Made by a program: the position numbers and the translations under genes
Notes under the pieces: generated by a model
The model's input: only the letters and a program-made list of their open reading frames with translations
Database searches by the model: none
Told to the model about the DNA's origin: nothing
Origin: Prorocentrum cordatum
Lineage: Eukaryota
Direction: 5' to 3'
DNA length: 64,000 nt
Assembly (NCBI GenBank): GCA_963575745.1
Contig: CAUYUJ010000198.1
Coordinates: 1 to 64,000, forward strand
Shown here: positions 1 to 12,123 of the stretch, in pieces
How the letters are laid out: each line of letters begins with the position of its first letter
Position numbering within the stretch: the first letter of the stretch is position 1

Positions 1-1150
1 GGGGTCGCTATCCGTTTCGGGCTCGCAAAGCGTGGCAGGCGTGGCACATCCTTGACACCGCAGGGGGCGCGCTGGGGGTGGGGTCGCTATCCGTTTCGGG
101 CTCGCAAAGCGTGGCAGGCGTGGGACATCCTCGACACCACAGGGGGCGCGCTGGGGGTGGGGCCGCTATCCGTTTCGGGCTCGCAAAGCGTGGCAGGCGT
201 GGCACATCCTCGACACCACAGGGGGGAGCCCTGGGTGTGGGGTCGCTATCCGTGTCGGGCTCGCAAAGCGTGGCAGGCGTGGCACATCCTCGACACCACA
301 GGTGGGCGCGCTGGGGGTGGGGTCGCTATCCGTTCCCGGCTCGCAAAGCGTGGCAGGCGTGGCGCATTCTCGACACCACAGGGGGCGCGCTGGGGGTGGG
401 GTCGCTATCCGTTTCGGGCTCCTACCCTCCGTTCTCCTTCTCGCAAAGCGTGGCAAGCGTGGCACATCCTGAAATCCACAGGGGGCGCGCTGGGGGTGTT
501 TTGCGCGGGGGGTGGGGGCCATATGCGTTTCGGGCTCGCAAAGCGTGGCAGGCGTGGCACTTCCTCGACACCAGAGGGGGTGCGCTGGGGGTGGTGGCCC
601 TATGCGTTTCGGGCTCGCAAAGCGTGGCAGGCGTGGCACTTCCTCGACACCAGAGGGGGTGCGCTGGGGGTGGGGGCCCTATGCGTTTCGGGCTCGCAAA
701 GCGTGGCAGGCGTGGCACTTCCTCGACACCAGAGGGGGTGCGCTGGGGATGGGGGCCCTATGCGTTTCGGGCTCGCAAAGCGTGGCAGGCGTGGCACTTC
801 CTCGACACCAGAGGGGGTGCGCTGGGGGTGGGGGCCCTATGCGTTTCGGGCTCGCAAAGCGCGGCAGGCGTGGCACTTCCTCGACACCAGAGGGGGTGCG
901 CTGGGGGTGGGGGCCCTATGCGTTTCGGGCTCGCAAAGCGTGGCAGGCGTGGCACATCCTCGACACCAGAGGGGGTGCGCTAGCGGTGGGGGGCCCTATG
1001 CGTTTCGGGCTCGCAAAGCGCGGCAGGCGTGGCACTTCCTCGACACCAGAGGGGGTGCGCTGGGGGTGGGGGCCCTATGCGTTTCGGGCTCGCAAAGCGT
1101 GGCAGGCGTGGCACATCCTCGACACCAGAGGGGGTGCGCTAGCGGTGGGA
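1..1150. repeat. 79-bp tandem satellite (~14 units), truncated by the window start
   Basis: Unit ggggtcgctatccgtttcgggctcgcaaagcgtggcaggcgtggcacatcctcgacaccacagggggcgcgctgggggt recurs at 1, 80 and onward. A second variant (ggggccctatgcg...cacttcctcgacaccagag) takes over after an interruption at ~420-520. Confidence 0.95.
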
Positions 1151-1579
1151 GCTCGTACCTTGTCAAGAACTGTGAACACCTTGGCTCCAGCCGGCTCGGC
1201 GCGCCTGCGCTCTCACGCAGGCGCGCTCCTGTAGTCCTACTTCAGAGCACCGCCCTTCCTGCGCGCGGCGGTCATGCCGCCGAAACTTGCCATGGGCGCT
1301 CTGCCGCCTCCGTGTCCGGCGATTACAAATCAGTATGTGGGGTTCCTCGGTCGCGTAATGCTTTTTTTTGTCGCCTTTCCACTTCTGACAGGTTCTGAAA
1401 ACCCATAGCTGCCGCCAGATCCCCAAGAGAGCCGCAGAAGGGGCCCACGACGGCCCCAAGACGCCACCGCAAGCGCGCCACAAGGGCGACTATCTTTGGG
1501 CCCCCACGGCCGTCCGCGGGCCCCATTCGCGCAGCGCTCGGAGGTGGGAGCCGGCACGGCTGCGCGATACATGTGCGCC

Positions 1580-1745
1580 TTCCGGCGCCCATGTATCGCT
1601 GCCCCGCCGCCGGGCCCGTTCCTCGATACATGGGCGCCTCCCGGCGCCGGGAGGCGCTGGGAAAGTCAGCTACATTAGCTGATTCTCCCCCCCCCCCCCT
1701 CCCTTTGATATCCCCCCCCTTTCGCCCGGCCCGATCCTCCCTTCG
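1580..1745. repeat. Dispersed repeat with an inverted copy at ~58620-58760
   Basis: gccccgccgccgggccc(g/a)ttcctcga(t/c)acatgggcgcctcccggcgc...agctgattctc...ccccccctttcgcccggcccga is found in both places in opposite orientation. Confidence 0.8.
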
Positions 1746-2321
1746 CCAACTACGCGTGGCAGGTAAGGAAGATACACCCCCCAAGGGGGGTACGATCGAA
1801 GACGACGAGGGCGGGTATCGAGCGTTTGGTACATACATGTTGCGTGAGACGCGACAAGATAAGAAAGACTAAGCTTATTATTGGCGGACCCTCTACAAGC
1901 GCACTGGCGCTCTCGTCTCGGCGCGGGCTGCATTTCGAAATTGAAGCTCACGCTCAAGCGTTTCGGGGTTCCGCCCAAACCGGACCCCCCACGACAATAA
2001 CAACAACACCAACACAGCAACAACAACAGCAGCAACAACATGAACAACAACGATAACAACAACAGCACCACCAACAACACCAACAACACCACCACCACCA
2101 ACAACACCAAAACCACCACCAACAACCACAACAACAGAGACAACTACAACACCACCAGCACCAACAATCACAACAATCAGTTTAAGACTACTCGCGCTTA
2201 CCTGCTCGCATGCCATTCAACACGAACGCGTATATCTCAAATCCTTGGTACCCGCCCTGTTCGTCTTCGATCGTATCCCCCTTAGGGGTATATCTTCCCT
2301 ACCTACCGCGTGTAGTTGGCG
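1744..2321. repeat. ~100-bp inverted repeat arms (1744-1850 / 2220-2321) around a (CAA/CAC)n tract
   Basis: cgccaactacgcgtggcaggtaaggaagatacacccccaagggg..tacgatcgaagacg is the reverse complement of cgtcttcgatcgtatccccttaggggtatatcttccctacctaccgcgtgtagttggcg. Confidence 0.8.
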
Positions 2322-3428
2322 CAGCCCCAGGGGAAGAGAGGACAGATGGAAGAGGGAGGGAGGAGGATGGAGCACGAGCGAGATTAGCAGGAGGGAGGCT
2401 TAGGAACAGAAAGCACGTGGCAGAACCAAACGGGTAGGTCGGTCGGGTGGACCCTAACGGGCGGGTCAGGAAAGCGGGCCCAGGTGGCCACGTCGAGTAG
2501 GCGGGTTGCCGAAGCGTGAACATGAGTCGGGAGGAAGTCTCGTGCGATAGCGCGATTCCAAAGAAGATCACAAGACATGTCGAAGCGACAGCGTGATTCC
2601 CTAAGGGTTGAAGGCGCGACGCTTGAATAAGTTGCGATGAAGTCCCACGCGCGAGCGCGACTTCTGCATAATTTGTGAGAAGTCCCGCGCGAGAGCGCGA
2701 GTTGGGAATATCCGTGTGAGGAAATATCAGGCAGGAGCCTTTGATGTTGTAAACCGAAGGCCAAAGAGACAATTCTAAGACTGAAGACTTTCCCAGAAAA
2801 CAACAGGGTGCGAGTCCCGTGAAAAGGTAACCCAATGGAATAACACCACATGCCCCGGAGGGGTATCAGCAACATTCATTATTTAGACACGAGAATTCAA
2901 CAGCGACAACACCACCGACAATAACAACACCAACAACAGCACCACCAACAACAGCAACAACACCAACAACACCACCACCACCAACAACACCACCACCACC
3001 AACAGTAATAACAACAACACCAACAACATTCATTATAAGGCTGTTTGCTCTTGGCCCGTGTGTCATTCAAAACGAATTCCCACACACCATCGATACCCGC
3101 CCTTTTCTGTCTTCGGTCACACACTCTTTTGGGGGATTCTTTCTCTTCGCGGGGGGCGGCGGGCTTAGACAGGCGGGCAAACCTGAACGGGCGGACAATC
3201 CTTCGTGAGCGTACATGTGCCCGTCATTGGAATTGGTGTGGGCCCTGCAAAAAGAAGAGGGGGAAGAACGAGGGAGAGTGGGAGGAAGGGAGGGGGAGGG
3301 ACGAAGGAAGAGGGAAAACGCCAGGAGAGAAGGAGCGAAGAGGGGGGCGGTTGATTAGAGGCAGAAATAGATAAAGAGAGAGAGAGAAACAGAGAAAGAG
3401 AAATACATATAAGAGAGGTATAACAAAT

Positions 3429-3465
<37 letters not shown>

Positions 3466-4379
3466 AAGAAAGAGATGGGAGAGAGAAAGAAAGAGGGAGG
3501 GAGGAGGCAGGAGAGGGGAGGGAAAGGGGAGGATTGGATTGGACACTTCGGGGGAGGGAAAAGGGAGGAGGGAGAGGAGGAAGAGGGGATAGGGCAGAGA
3601 GGCATAAGGATGAGGGAAGAGAAAAGGGAGAGAGATGGGAGGAGAGGAGGGAGGAGGAGGAGGAGGAGGAGGAGGAGGAGGAGGAGGAGGGAAAGGGAGG
3701 AGGAACAGGAAGGTAAGACGTGAACGTTCGAGGAAGTCCTAAGCGAAAGCGCCGTTCCTGAAGGAAGTCTCGGGCGGGAACCCACGACGGGCGGGCGATC
3801 CCCTGACGGGCGGGTCGGGCGTGTGGGACATTCAAGCGGGATGCCTGAGTATGGCGAGAGCGCGATTCCTGAGAGTAAATTGTGACGGCGTCCTTGGCGC
3901 AGCGTGTTTCCTGAGCGTCGAACGCACGATTTCTGAATACATTGCATGGAAGTCACGGGCGAGAGCGCAACTCCTGAATAACATGTGGGGGGTTCTCTGG
4001 CGGGAGCGGGGGTCTTGATTAAATTGCGAGGAGATCTTGATTCAATTGTGAAGAAATCTCAAGCGGAAGCGAAGTTCCTGAGTAAATTGTGAGAAAGCCT
4101 CAGATTGGAGCGGAGGTCCTGACACAATTGCGAGGAAGTCGCAGGCGGGAGCACCGGTCCTGAGTAAATTGTGAAGAAATCTCAGGCGGGAGTGGGGTCC
4201 GGAGTAAATTTGGAGGAAGCCTCAAGCGGGAACCGTTGTTGTAATCCGGGGGGGCAGGGGCCCAGTTTGAACACGAATGCTTTCCCTGTCAAAAGACAGG
4301 GTGCGAGCGTCGAAGGGCACATTTTGATTGAGAAAATCAATCCGCACCGGTGAGGGGGATCAACAACAAGTGGCACGTG

Positions 4380-5597
4380 TGCCATGGCTCTTGCGCAAAA
4401 AAAAGTGATGATGAGGAGGTGGAAAAGGAGGGGGGAAGAGGGGGCAAACCGTCGCCCTTCGGGGCCCAGCAACGGGGCCTAAATCCCAGGTGGGGAGGGG
4501 GGGGGAGGTGGCGTGCGTCGCGACGCGGAAGAACAGCTCGGAGCGGAGGGGGCACGGGGCGGAGTGGTTCAACAATGGGGGCGCTGGGGTGGGGGCCCCC
4601 CGGGGGCCCCCCCCGCCGCAGGAGTAAGGGGGGGGGGGGAGGTGGTGTGCGTCGCGACGCGGAATAAAATGGTTGGGGCGGACGGGGCACTGGGCGGGGC
4701 TTGGGGCAGAGGGCCGCGGGGAGGTGGTCCAACTGGGGCGCTGGGGACGGGGGGGGAGGAAGGGCGGAGGTGGTGCAAGCCGCGACGCGGAATAACACTG
4801 TCGGGGCGGAGGGGGCACGGGGTGGAACCCCCAATGGGGCACTGGGGCGCGGGGAGGGAAGTGGGGGAGGTGGTGTGCGTCGCGACGAAGAACAAACCGT
4901 TCGTGGCGGAGGGGGCAGTGGGCGGGGCTCCCGCTGGGGAGCTGGGGACGCGGGGGGAATCGGGGAAGAGGCACGTGCCGCGGGAGTTCCAACTCGGCGC
5001 TGGGGACGCGGACTGGGTGTGTGTGTGTGTTGTCGTGTGTGTGTGTGATTGTGTGTGTCGGTGTGCGTCGCGACGCGGAATAAAGCGTTCGTGGCGGAGG
5101 GGGGCAGTGGGCGGGGCTCCCGCTGGGGCTCTGGGGACGCGGGGGGGCTCGGGGCAGAGAGCCACGGCGCGGGGGTCCCACACTGGCGCTGGGGACGCGG
5201 TGTGTGTGAGTGTGTGTGTGTGTGTGTGCGACGCGGAATAAAGCGTGAGCTGGTGGAGGGTGGCGGCAGTGGAACGGGGGCGCTCGGGGCAGAGAGCCAC
5301 GGCGCGGGGGTCCCACTCTGGCGCTGGGACGCAGGGTGGGGTGGGGTGGGGTGGGGTGGGGGGGAGGGGGGGGGGCGACGCGGAACGGAATCAGCGTTCG
5401 TCGCGGAGGGGGGCGGTGGGCGGGCTCCCGCTGGGGCGCTGGGGACGCGGGGGGGCTCGGGGCAGAGAGCCACGGCGCGGGGGTCCCACTCTGGCGCTGG
5501 GGACGCGGGTGGGGGGTGGAAGGGGGGGGGGGTTCTTTGGGGGGGGGCGACGCGGAATAAAATGGTCGGAGCTCTAGACACCCTGTGCAAGATAAGA
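4380..5597. mobile_element. G-rich insertion with ~8 irregularly spaced palindromic GCGTCGCGACGC(GGAATAA) modules
   Basis: It is absent at the homologous point of the next macro-repeat unit (~12440). Modules lie at ~4515, 4649, 4780, 4877, 5065, 5228, 5376 and 5548. Confidence 0.6.
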
Positions 5598-5989
5598 ACT
5601 GTTCTACAGACGTGAGAATTCAACAACAACAATACTTATTCTAAGACTGTTCGCTCGTACTTGCCCGTGTGTCATTCAAAACGAATTCCCCACGCCCTCG
5701 ATGCCCGCCTTTTTGTCTTCGTACACACCCCTTTTGGGGGGATTATTTCTCTTTGCGGGGGGCGGCGGGCTTAGACAGGCGGGTGCGCCTGAACGGGCGG
5801 GCAATCCTTCGTGGGCGTACATGTGCCCGCCATTGGAATTGGCGTGGGCCCTGCAAAAAGAGGAGGGGGATACCGAAGGGGAGTGCGAGGAAGGGAGCGG
5901 GGGGGGGGGGGGGGGTGCGAAGGCAGTGGAAACCGCCATAGAGAAGGAGCGAGCGGGGGGAGGTTGAATTAGCGGCAGAGGGAAGGAGA

Positions 5990-6430
<441 letters not shown>

Positions 6431-6749
6431 GGGAGGAGGCAGGAGAGGGGAGGGAGAAGGGATGAGGGAGGGGAGGGAGAGGGGATAAGGCAGAAAAGCA
6501 TAATGATGAGGGAAGAGAGGAGGGAGAGAGAAGGGAGGAGAGGAGGGGGGAGGGAGGAGGGAGAGGGGGTCCCACCCGTTGGGGGCCGCGCCCTGGCTCC
6601 TCGACGACTAGCGGAGCAGCCCCTGCAATTGAGGGGACCTCCGAATGATGACTTTGAGACGTGCCTTGACCGTCTGGCGAGAGAGAGAGAGCAGCGGATG
6701 GGGCAGGGCGTGTGCGCAGAGCTTGAAAAGCAGAGTGGGGGCAATCTAA

Positions 6750-9700
6750 AGCAATAAGACAGGAGGGGAGAGCCGTGCCATTCGCAGGAGGGAGGAGATG
6801 GGGGAGGAAGACTCCCAGTGGATCATGACCCCAACCAAGTGGAAGAGCAGGCAGAAGATGGACAAGCAGAGGTTGAACGATGGGGCAAACCACATTGTGA
6901 AGCAAGTCGTCTCCGCCAACGCATGCGCAACCGAACTTGCAGCCTTGGGCGCCTTGTCGAAAGCGCTTCGTGGTGTTCCAGCTGTTGAAACACGATTGGA
7001 GCAGCGCAACGAAGACAAAGGGCGGTACCATACTGCTGCTTCGAAGGATGACTCTGAATGAGGTGTCACTATCGGCTCCAGTCAGAGAGGGTGCCCATTT
7101 TCTGAGTCTTGGGGCGACGATACTGGAGATGGGCTCTGAGTGGAAGTCGGGAGTGATCAACAAGTTTGTTCTGGACATTTTTCCTCTGGGTGTCTTCTGG
7201 GGGCCTCTGAATGTACCTCGAGTCCAGGAAGTCTTGATGCACTTGCCAGAAGAGGGAGTCCTTCAGGTACGGGGGCCGCCGAAAAGCAATGCAATAATCA
7301 TCGCCGTCAAGGGTGTCCTGAAGCTGAGTGACCTCCGAGGAAAGAGGTCAGAATTGATGGCAAACGCGAAGTCGTGCAGCAAGGCTACGAATGCGGGGGT
7401 CGCCTGCCTGCGCCTTGAAACCGATTTCCTTGAATCGCGAAAAAATCGCCGGCGGACAAGAATGCCTCGGAGCACAGGTGTAAGCTTGCAAAGCTTCTCT
7501 TTCAGCGCGCAGAATCTGGGGGGTCGGGCGGGAACCATGTAGCGGGTCAGACACATAACCAGTAACCGATAGAGCATATACATGGTGAACGGTGATACTG
7601 CTGGCCAGGCCAAGCCCCACTTTCTTGATGGCGAGGGACCTCTGGGCAAGATTGTAGGCGACAGGATTCCAGGAGAGGCTGGGGGCATTCCACCCAAGGT
7701 AGAACCCAAGATATTTCCCGTGGTATTGTATTTTGAATTGGTTGACACGAATCCCCATTCTTTTGAATTCGGCCCTAGCTGTCTCAACGCTGCCAGGTTC
7801 CAGGAGGACGATGACGCACTTCTTGAGATTTAAAAGAAGCCCATCACCACTCCCATAGAGACAGATCTGACGGACAACGGCTGGGAGAACAGCGTAGATA
7901 TCAGATGAGGTGAGGCCAAGATCGCCGGCAAAAGCTGTGACCCTCTTCGGGGCCTCGATGGGAAGGTGATGCAACCATCTCAGGAGCGGGTCGAGGACGA
8001 ATGCACATAAAACGCCAGAGAGCGGGCAGCCCTGCTTGACGCCCCGCAGGGCGGTGAAAGAGACAGGGTCCGAACCGCGAGAGGAAATGATACATTGCAT
8101 GTTAGAATGCAGTAATGTGATAGCTGTGATCATGAATGTGGGAAAGTTGTACGCCCTCAGAACCCTGAAGATCCAGGAGTGGTGCACAGACGGGAAGGCG
8201 GCGCGAAAGTCGAAGAAGCAAGCTCCAGCTCGCTCCCCCCCGCGCACAGCATGCCAGTGAGCAAGATTGAAATCGACCTCGAGGACGTTATCGATGATTT
8301 GACGACCCTTGATAAATCCACGCTGAGTTTCATGAAGACGATCACGGGCGACTTCCGATATCGGGGAGGCGATTAAACAGCTGATCAGTTTGTTGTCGGT
8401 GTTCGATAAAGCGATCGGTCTCGTGTCTTCGACAGTTTTGTAGACGTGCTCTGAGTCCCCGAGGCCCCCTTTCGGCAAGAGGGCGAGCTTGGCGGCATTG
8501 AAATCCGAGCTCATCGGGTTCCCCGCGAGGAGATGAAGATACACATCGTAAACGGCTTCTTGTGCCACAGGTCCAGCGGCCCTCCAGGCGCTGTAGCGCA
8601 AGCCGTCGGGTCCTGGGGCGGAATCTTTTTTTCCTGTGAAGGAGGTCAAGAAATTGATCAAGCGTAAGGGCCCAGGGGAACCTTTGATGGGTACTGTTGG
8701 TGCATTGGTGGGGGTCAGAGGGGAGGGGGGGGAGGTCCTGAAGAAATTCAGCCCCAGCTCCTGGACACTGATGTCCACGTGCAAATACTGAACTCCAGTG
8801 GTCGGCAAGCATCCTGGCGCAGGTATTGGGCTCCGCGAATTCGCTGCCGTCTGCTCCGATGATCCCCTTCAAAGCTACTGTGCGCTGACTGGCCCTCCAG
8901 GCACGCGCGAGACGCCGAATGCGGTGCAGGTGATAATCGGCCGAGTTGGCTGGCAACCGATCTGCTTGCAGGAGGTCGCGTTCTTGCTCCTCAAGCTCAG
9001 CCTTCATCATTTGACTCGAGTGATTATGAAAGCCTGACCTATGGGTGAACAAGAAAAGCTCGGGGTCATAAAGCTCTTTCAGGACTGGGTGAGCTCGAAG
9101 GGCTCGCTGGATGCCGCGTTGGATTCGCCCGCGATGGGATCTAGCTAGGCGGAGACAGCATGCAATCTTTTCTTGTCGTGATGCAGCCACCGTTCGATAC
9201 ATCTCTTGCTTGCATTGCTGACCTGCTGCGACCATGCATGCCTTGACCTCTAGGAGACGCTCTGTGGGGTCGGTGCTGAAGTCCTGTCCGTTGGCGAGCT
9301 CTTCAAAGATGCTGGCGCGCGACTGGCGCTTAAATACCCAGGCCGGCAGGGACACTTCACCATTCGGCTTCCAAGGTTTGAGGGAGAGATAGACGGGGAC
9401 ATGGTCCGAGGGAAAATAATAATCAGCGACATTCCACTGTCTGGAACCGAGGGGGTTGTGGTCGAGGAGGTCGGCGGTGGGAATATTCGTATAGATGCGG
9501 TCAAGACGGGCATGGGTGGCGGAAGAGGTAGGAGTAGTCGTGATACGCCGATGGGTGAAGGAGTCCTGCTCGAGCTCTGCGAACTCGCTAAAGATAGCCC
9601 TGGGGGCTCCTGCAAGCCTGGGCGGAGAGATGCGCTCAACCCCGCTAGAGGCATATCACCTACTTTCCCCAAGCTCGAGACAGTTGAAATCCCCAAGGAT

Positions 9701-10160
9701 GAAAGAAGAAGAGGATGCAGACGAGGGGAGGGCACGACGAACAGAGCCAAACTGGGCTCGAGTCCAGGGTTCGGGAAGGTCGGGGGCAATTTGAACATTG
9801 ACTATGCTTGGGGCCCCCCGGGGTCCTGGGAGCTGGAGAAGAGCAACGCGGCCAGACACAATATCACGAAATGCATATTGGCTGAACTGCCGCTGAAGCC
9901 GCAGAAAGATAAAGATGAGAAGGCCTCCAGCATTCGCGGGTGGCTCGAACGAGCCGAAGATGGCGTGCTGCTTAAAGTCCCGCTTGAGACGGAGGAGGTC
10001 ACCCTCGGTACCGCGGGCCCCTTGCACTGCTAGTATATCGTTGTGTTGAAGGAGAGAATGGAGGATATGAATTTTATGTCGAACGAGACGCTGGTTAGAA
10101 TAAGCAGAACCAATAAGAGCCTGAGAGTTCCAAGTGGTGATCTTGAAGGGATCTTTCGGG
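6750..10160 (-). pseudogene. LINE ORF2 (APE endonuclease, reverse transcriptase, C-terminal Cys/His finger), with frameshifts, stops and catalytic substitutions
   Basis: APE motifs: KITTWNS, LAVQGAR (for QETH), ILGDFN, ARLDRIY (~9490), FPSDHVP (~9400). RT motifs: SAPGPDG, RPIALSNTDNKL, QRGFIKGR, DFRAAFPSV, GVKQGCPLS, AFAGDL (for ADD), KYLGF. C-terminal CKFGC..DDLLHNVVCP. The motifs are spread over several frames. Confidence 0.92.
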
Positions 10161-10445
10161 AAGTACGGCTGGGAGGAGGAGGGCTGAAAGCTAGACGGCT
10201 CCCCCCCTGAATTCGGCGACAAGGCGGGGGGGGGGGGTCCCGAGGAAGGAGAGGGGGCGGGAGTCAACAGAGGCTCGCCATACTCACTGAAAGCTTCGGA
10301 GATCTGCAGCGGCAGCGAAGGTGTGGCAGCATGCGGGGGGGGAGGAGCAGCGCCCCACGCGCTCCTCCTCCACTAGGAAGACGTCAAAACCAATGCCCTC
10401 TAGGGAGTCGCTCCTGGCTGGAGCGTCGGCCTGCAAAAACAACCA

Positions 10446-11309
10446 TCACAGGTCGTCGAGCACCCCCTGGATCTGGTCGGGTGTGATGCCCCAGGTCGTC
10501 AACGAGGCCTGGTTGGGTTCGAAAGTGAACTGGTCCCCTGAGGCCTGCTTCGCCGACGCGAGCTCGTAGACGTCGCAATTGGAAATGACCTGCAATGCAC
10601 CCTTGTGGCCGTTGGCCCCGAGCTTGCACGAGGCATCCCACAGCGGGCTCTTCATCGCGAGCTGCTTGGCGGAGACGTAGATGCTAAAGAAGGCCCGCTT
10701 CTTCTGACGGACGTGGAGAGGAAGATCTCCCCGAATTCGAAGAGGATGAATACTTTGATCGCGAAAGTCCTGCCAGGAGATGCCAACCATGTTCGCCTTC
10801 CGCTGGAACTCCATGGCTGAGTCCTCAGTCTTGAACTTGAGTTTGTACACCTGCGAAATGCCGTGGAATTGGACCTCGACAGCGTTCTCATCGCCTAATT
10901 CCTTGGGGGATGTGGCCGTCAACTGCTCAAAATGCGCCTGGCCGCTTTTGAGCAGCAGCGGGCGTGGGAAAGTTCCAACATATTTAACCCTCGGGTCGCC
11001 CTGCTCGAAGTCATTGGTTAAGTCGATGGCGGACGTATCAACCCGTCGGCTCTTCGTCCCAGACTGCAAGAAAGAACGAATTGAGGAGCCACCTGAAGCC
11101 GTGCTTGGAGTAGAACTGCGCCTCGACTCAAGTTTCAGAAGACGTTCTTCCTGTCGTGAGACTTGTTCACGAAGCGCCGTAAGCTCAGCGCCCTGAGCGG
11201 TGAGTTGCCCTTGGATCCCTGCCGTCGACGTCTGAATCTCGGCGCGGAGGGTGGCCGTCTGCGCTTCCATGAGTTCCTGCATCATCTTCTTCATAGCGAT
11301 CTCTGCCAT
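10446..11309 (-). CDS. LINE ORF1 protein, 287 aa, N-terminal coiled coil
   Basis: Open frame from MAEIAMKKMMQELMEAQ with heptad segment LTAQGAELTALREQVSRQEERLLKLES. It lies 5' of ORF2 in the element. Confidence 0.75.
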   Translation of the reverse strand: MAEIAMKKMMQELMEAQTATLRAEIQTSTAGIQGQLTAQGAELTALREQVSRQEERLLKLESRRSSTPSTASGGSSIRSFLQSGTKSRRVDTSAIDLTNDFEQGDPRVKYVGTFPRPLLLKSGQAHFEQLTATSPKELGDENAVEVQFHGISQVYKLKFKTEDSAMEFQRKANMVGISWQDFRDQSIHPLRIRGDLPLHVRQKKRAFFSIYVSAKQLAMKSPLWDASCKLGANGHKGALQVISNCDVYELASAKQASGDQFTFEPNQASLTTWGITPDQIQGVLDDL

Positions 11310-11472
11310 GGCTGGGCACTTGACTGCAGGGTCGCCGCGAACGGCACGAGAAAAAAACGCAAGATGGTGCAAGAATGAAGCCTGCGGGGTCGCCTGTCGA
11401 CCCCTGAAGCGCGGCTCGAGCCCCGCCCCTTGGCTATGTCCAAGGCTCAACCGCGAGGCGGCACGGTTCAAC

Positions 11473-11492
11473 CTTGAGCCAATGGCTACGGA
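11473..11492 (-). other. Dinoflagellate spliced-leader relic at the LINE 5' end
   Basis: The minus strand reads TCCGTAGCCATTGGCTCAAG, which is the canonical DCCGTAGCCATTTTGGCTCAAG minus two T. Confidence 0.9.
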
Positions 11493-12123
11493 GGGAGGAG
11501 GGAGAGGGAGGAGGAGCAGGAAGGTCAGAGCGTGAACATTCGAGGAAATCCTAAGCGAAAGCGCCGTTCCTGAAGGAAGTCTCGGGCGTGAGCCCACGAC
11601 GGGCGGGCGATCCCTTGACGGGCGGGTCGGGCGTGTGGGACATTCAAGCGGGATGCCTGACTATGGCGAGAGCGCGATTACTAAGTAAATTGTAGCGGCG
11701 TCCTTGGCGCAGCGTGTTTCCTGAGCGTCGGAAGCGCGATGTCTGAATAAATTGCATGGGGGTCACAGGCGAAAGCTCAATTCCTGAATAATATGTGAGG
11801 GGTTCTCTGGCGTGAGCGCGGATCTTGATTAAATTACGAGGAAGTCTTGACTCAATTGCGAGGAAGTCTCAAGCGGGAACGCCGTTCCTGAGTAAATTGT
11901 AAGGAAATCTCAGATGGGAGCGGGGGTCCTGACTAAATTGCGAAGCGACCACAGGCGGGAGCACCGATCCTGAGTAAATTGTGAAGTCTCAGGAGCGGGG
12001 GTCTTGAGTAAATTTGGAGGAAGCCTCAGGCGGGAGCCGTTGTTTCTGTAATCCGGGGGGCCAGGGGCTCAGTTTGAGCACGAAGACTTTCCGTGTCAAA
12101 AGACAGGGTGCGAGCGTCGAGGG

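Larger units (their letters stand above)
6568..11489 (-). mobile_element. Full-length non-LTR retrotransposon (L1/Tx1-like: ORF1 + APE-RT-ZnF ORF2) with a 19-bp TSD
   Basis: ggagggaggagggagaggg occurs at both 6549-6567 and 11490-11508. The flanks rejoin into the macro-repeat seen uninterrupted at ~3640-3720. Two ORFs carry LINE motifs. Confidence 0.93.

Noticed and set aside
52..1398. Long ORFs (448 aa etc.) in satellites, also 17724-19552, 16441-17535, 24912-26519, 31294-32382 and 33419-34296
   Set aside because: They are products of stop-poor tandem repeats open in several frames, with no protein signal.
4500..5570. CRISPR-like array of palindromic repeats
   Set aside because: The linkers are long, irregular and similar to each other, there are no cas genes, and the context is eukaryotic.
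1148..5602. Shared GGAGCTC...AAGAACTGT after two G-rich arrays (1148-1173, 5568-5602)
   Set aside because: The match is short and spaced differently, and at 5.6 kb it overlaps host repeat sequence. It is not enough to call a common terminus.
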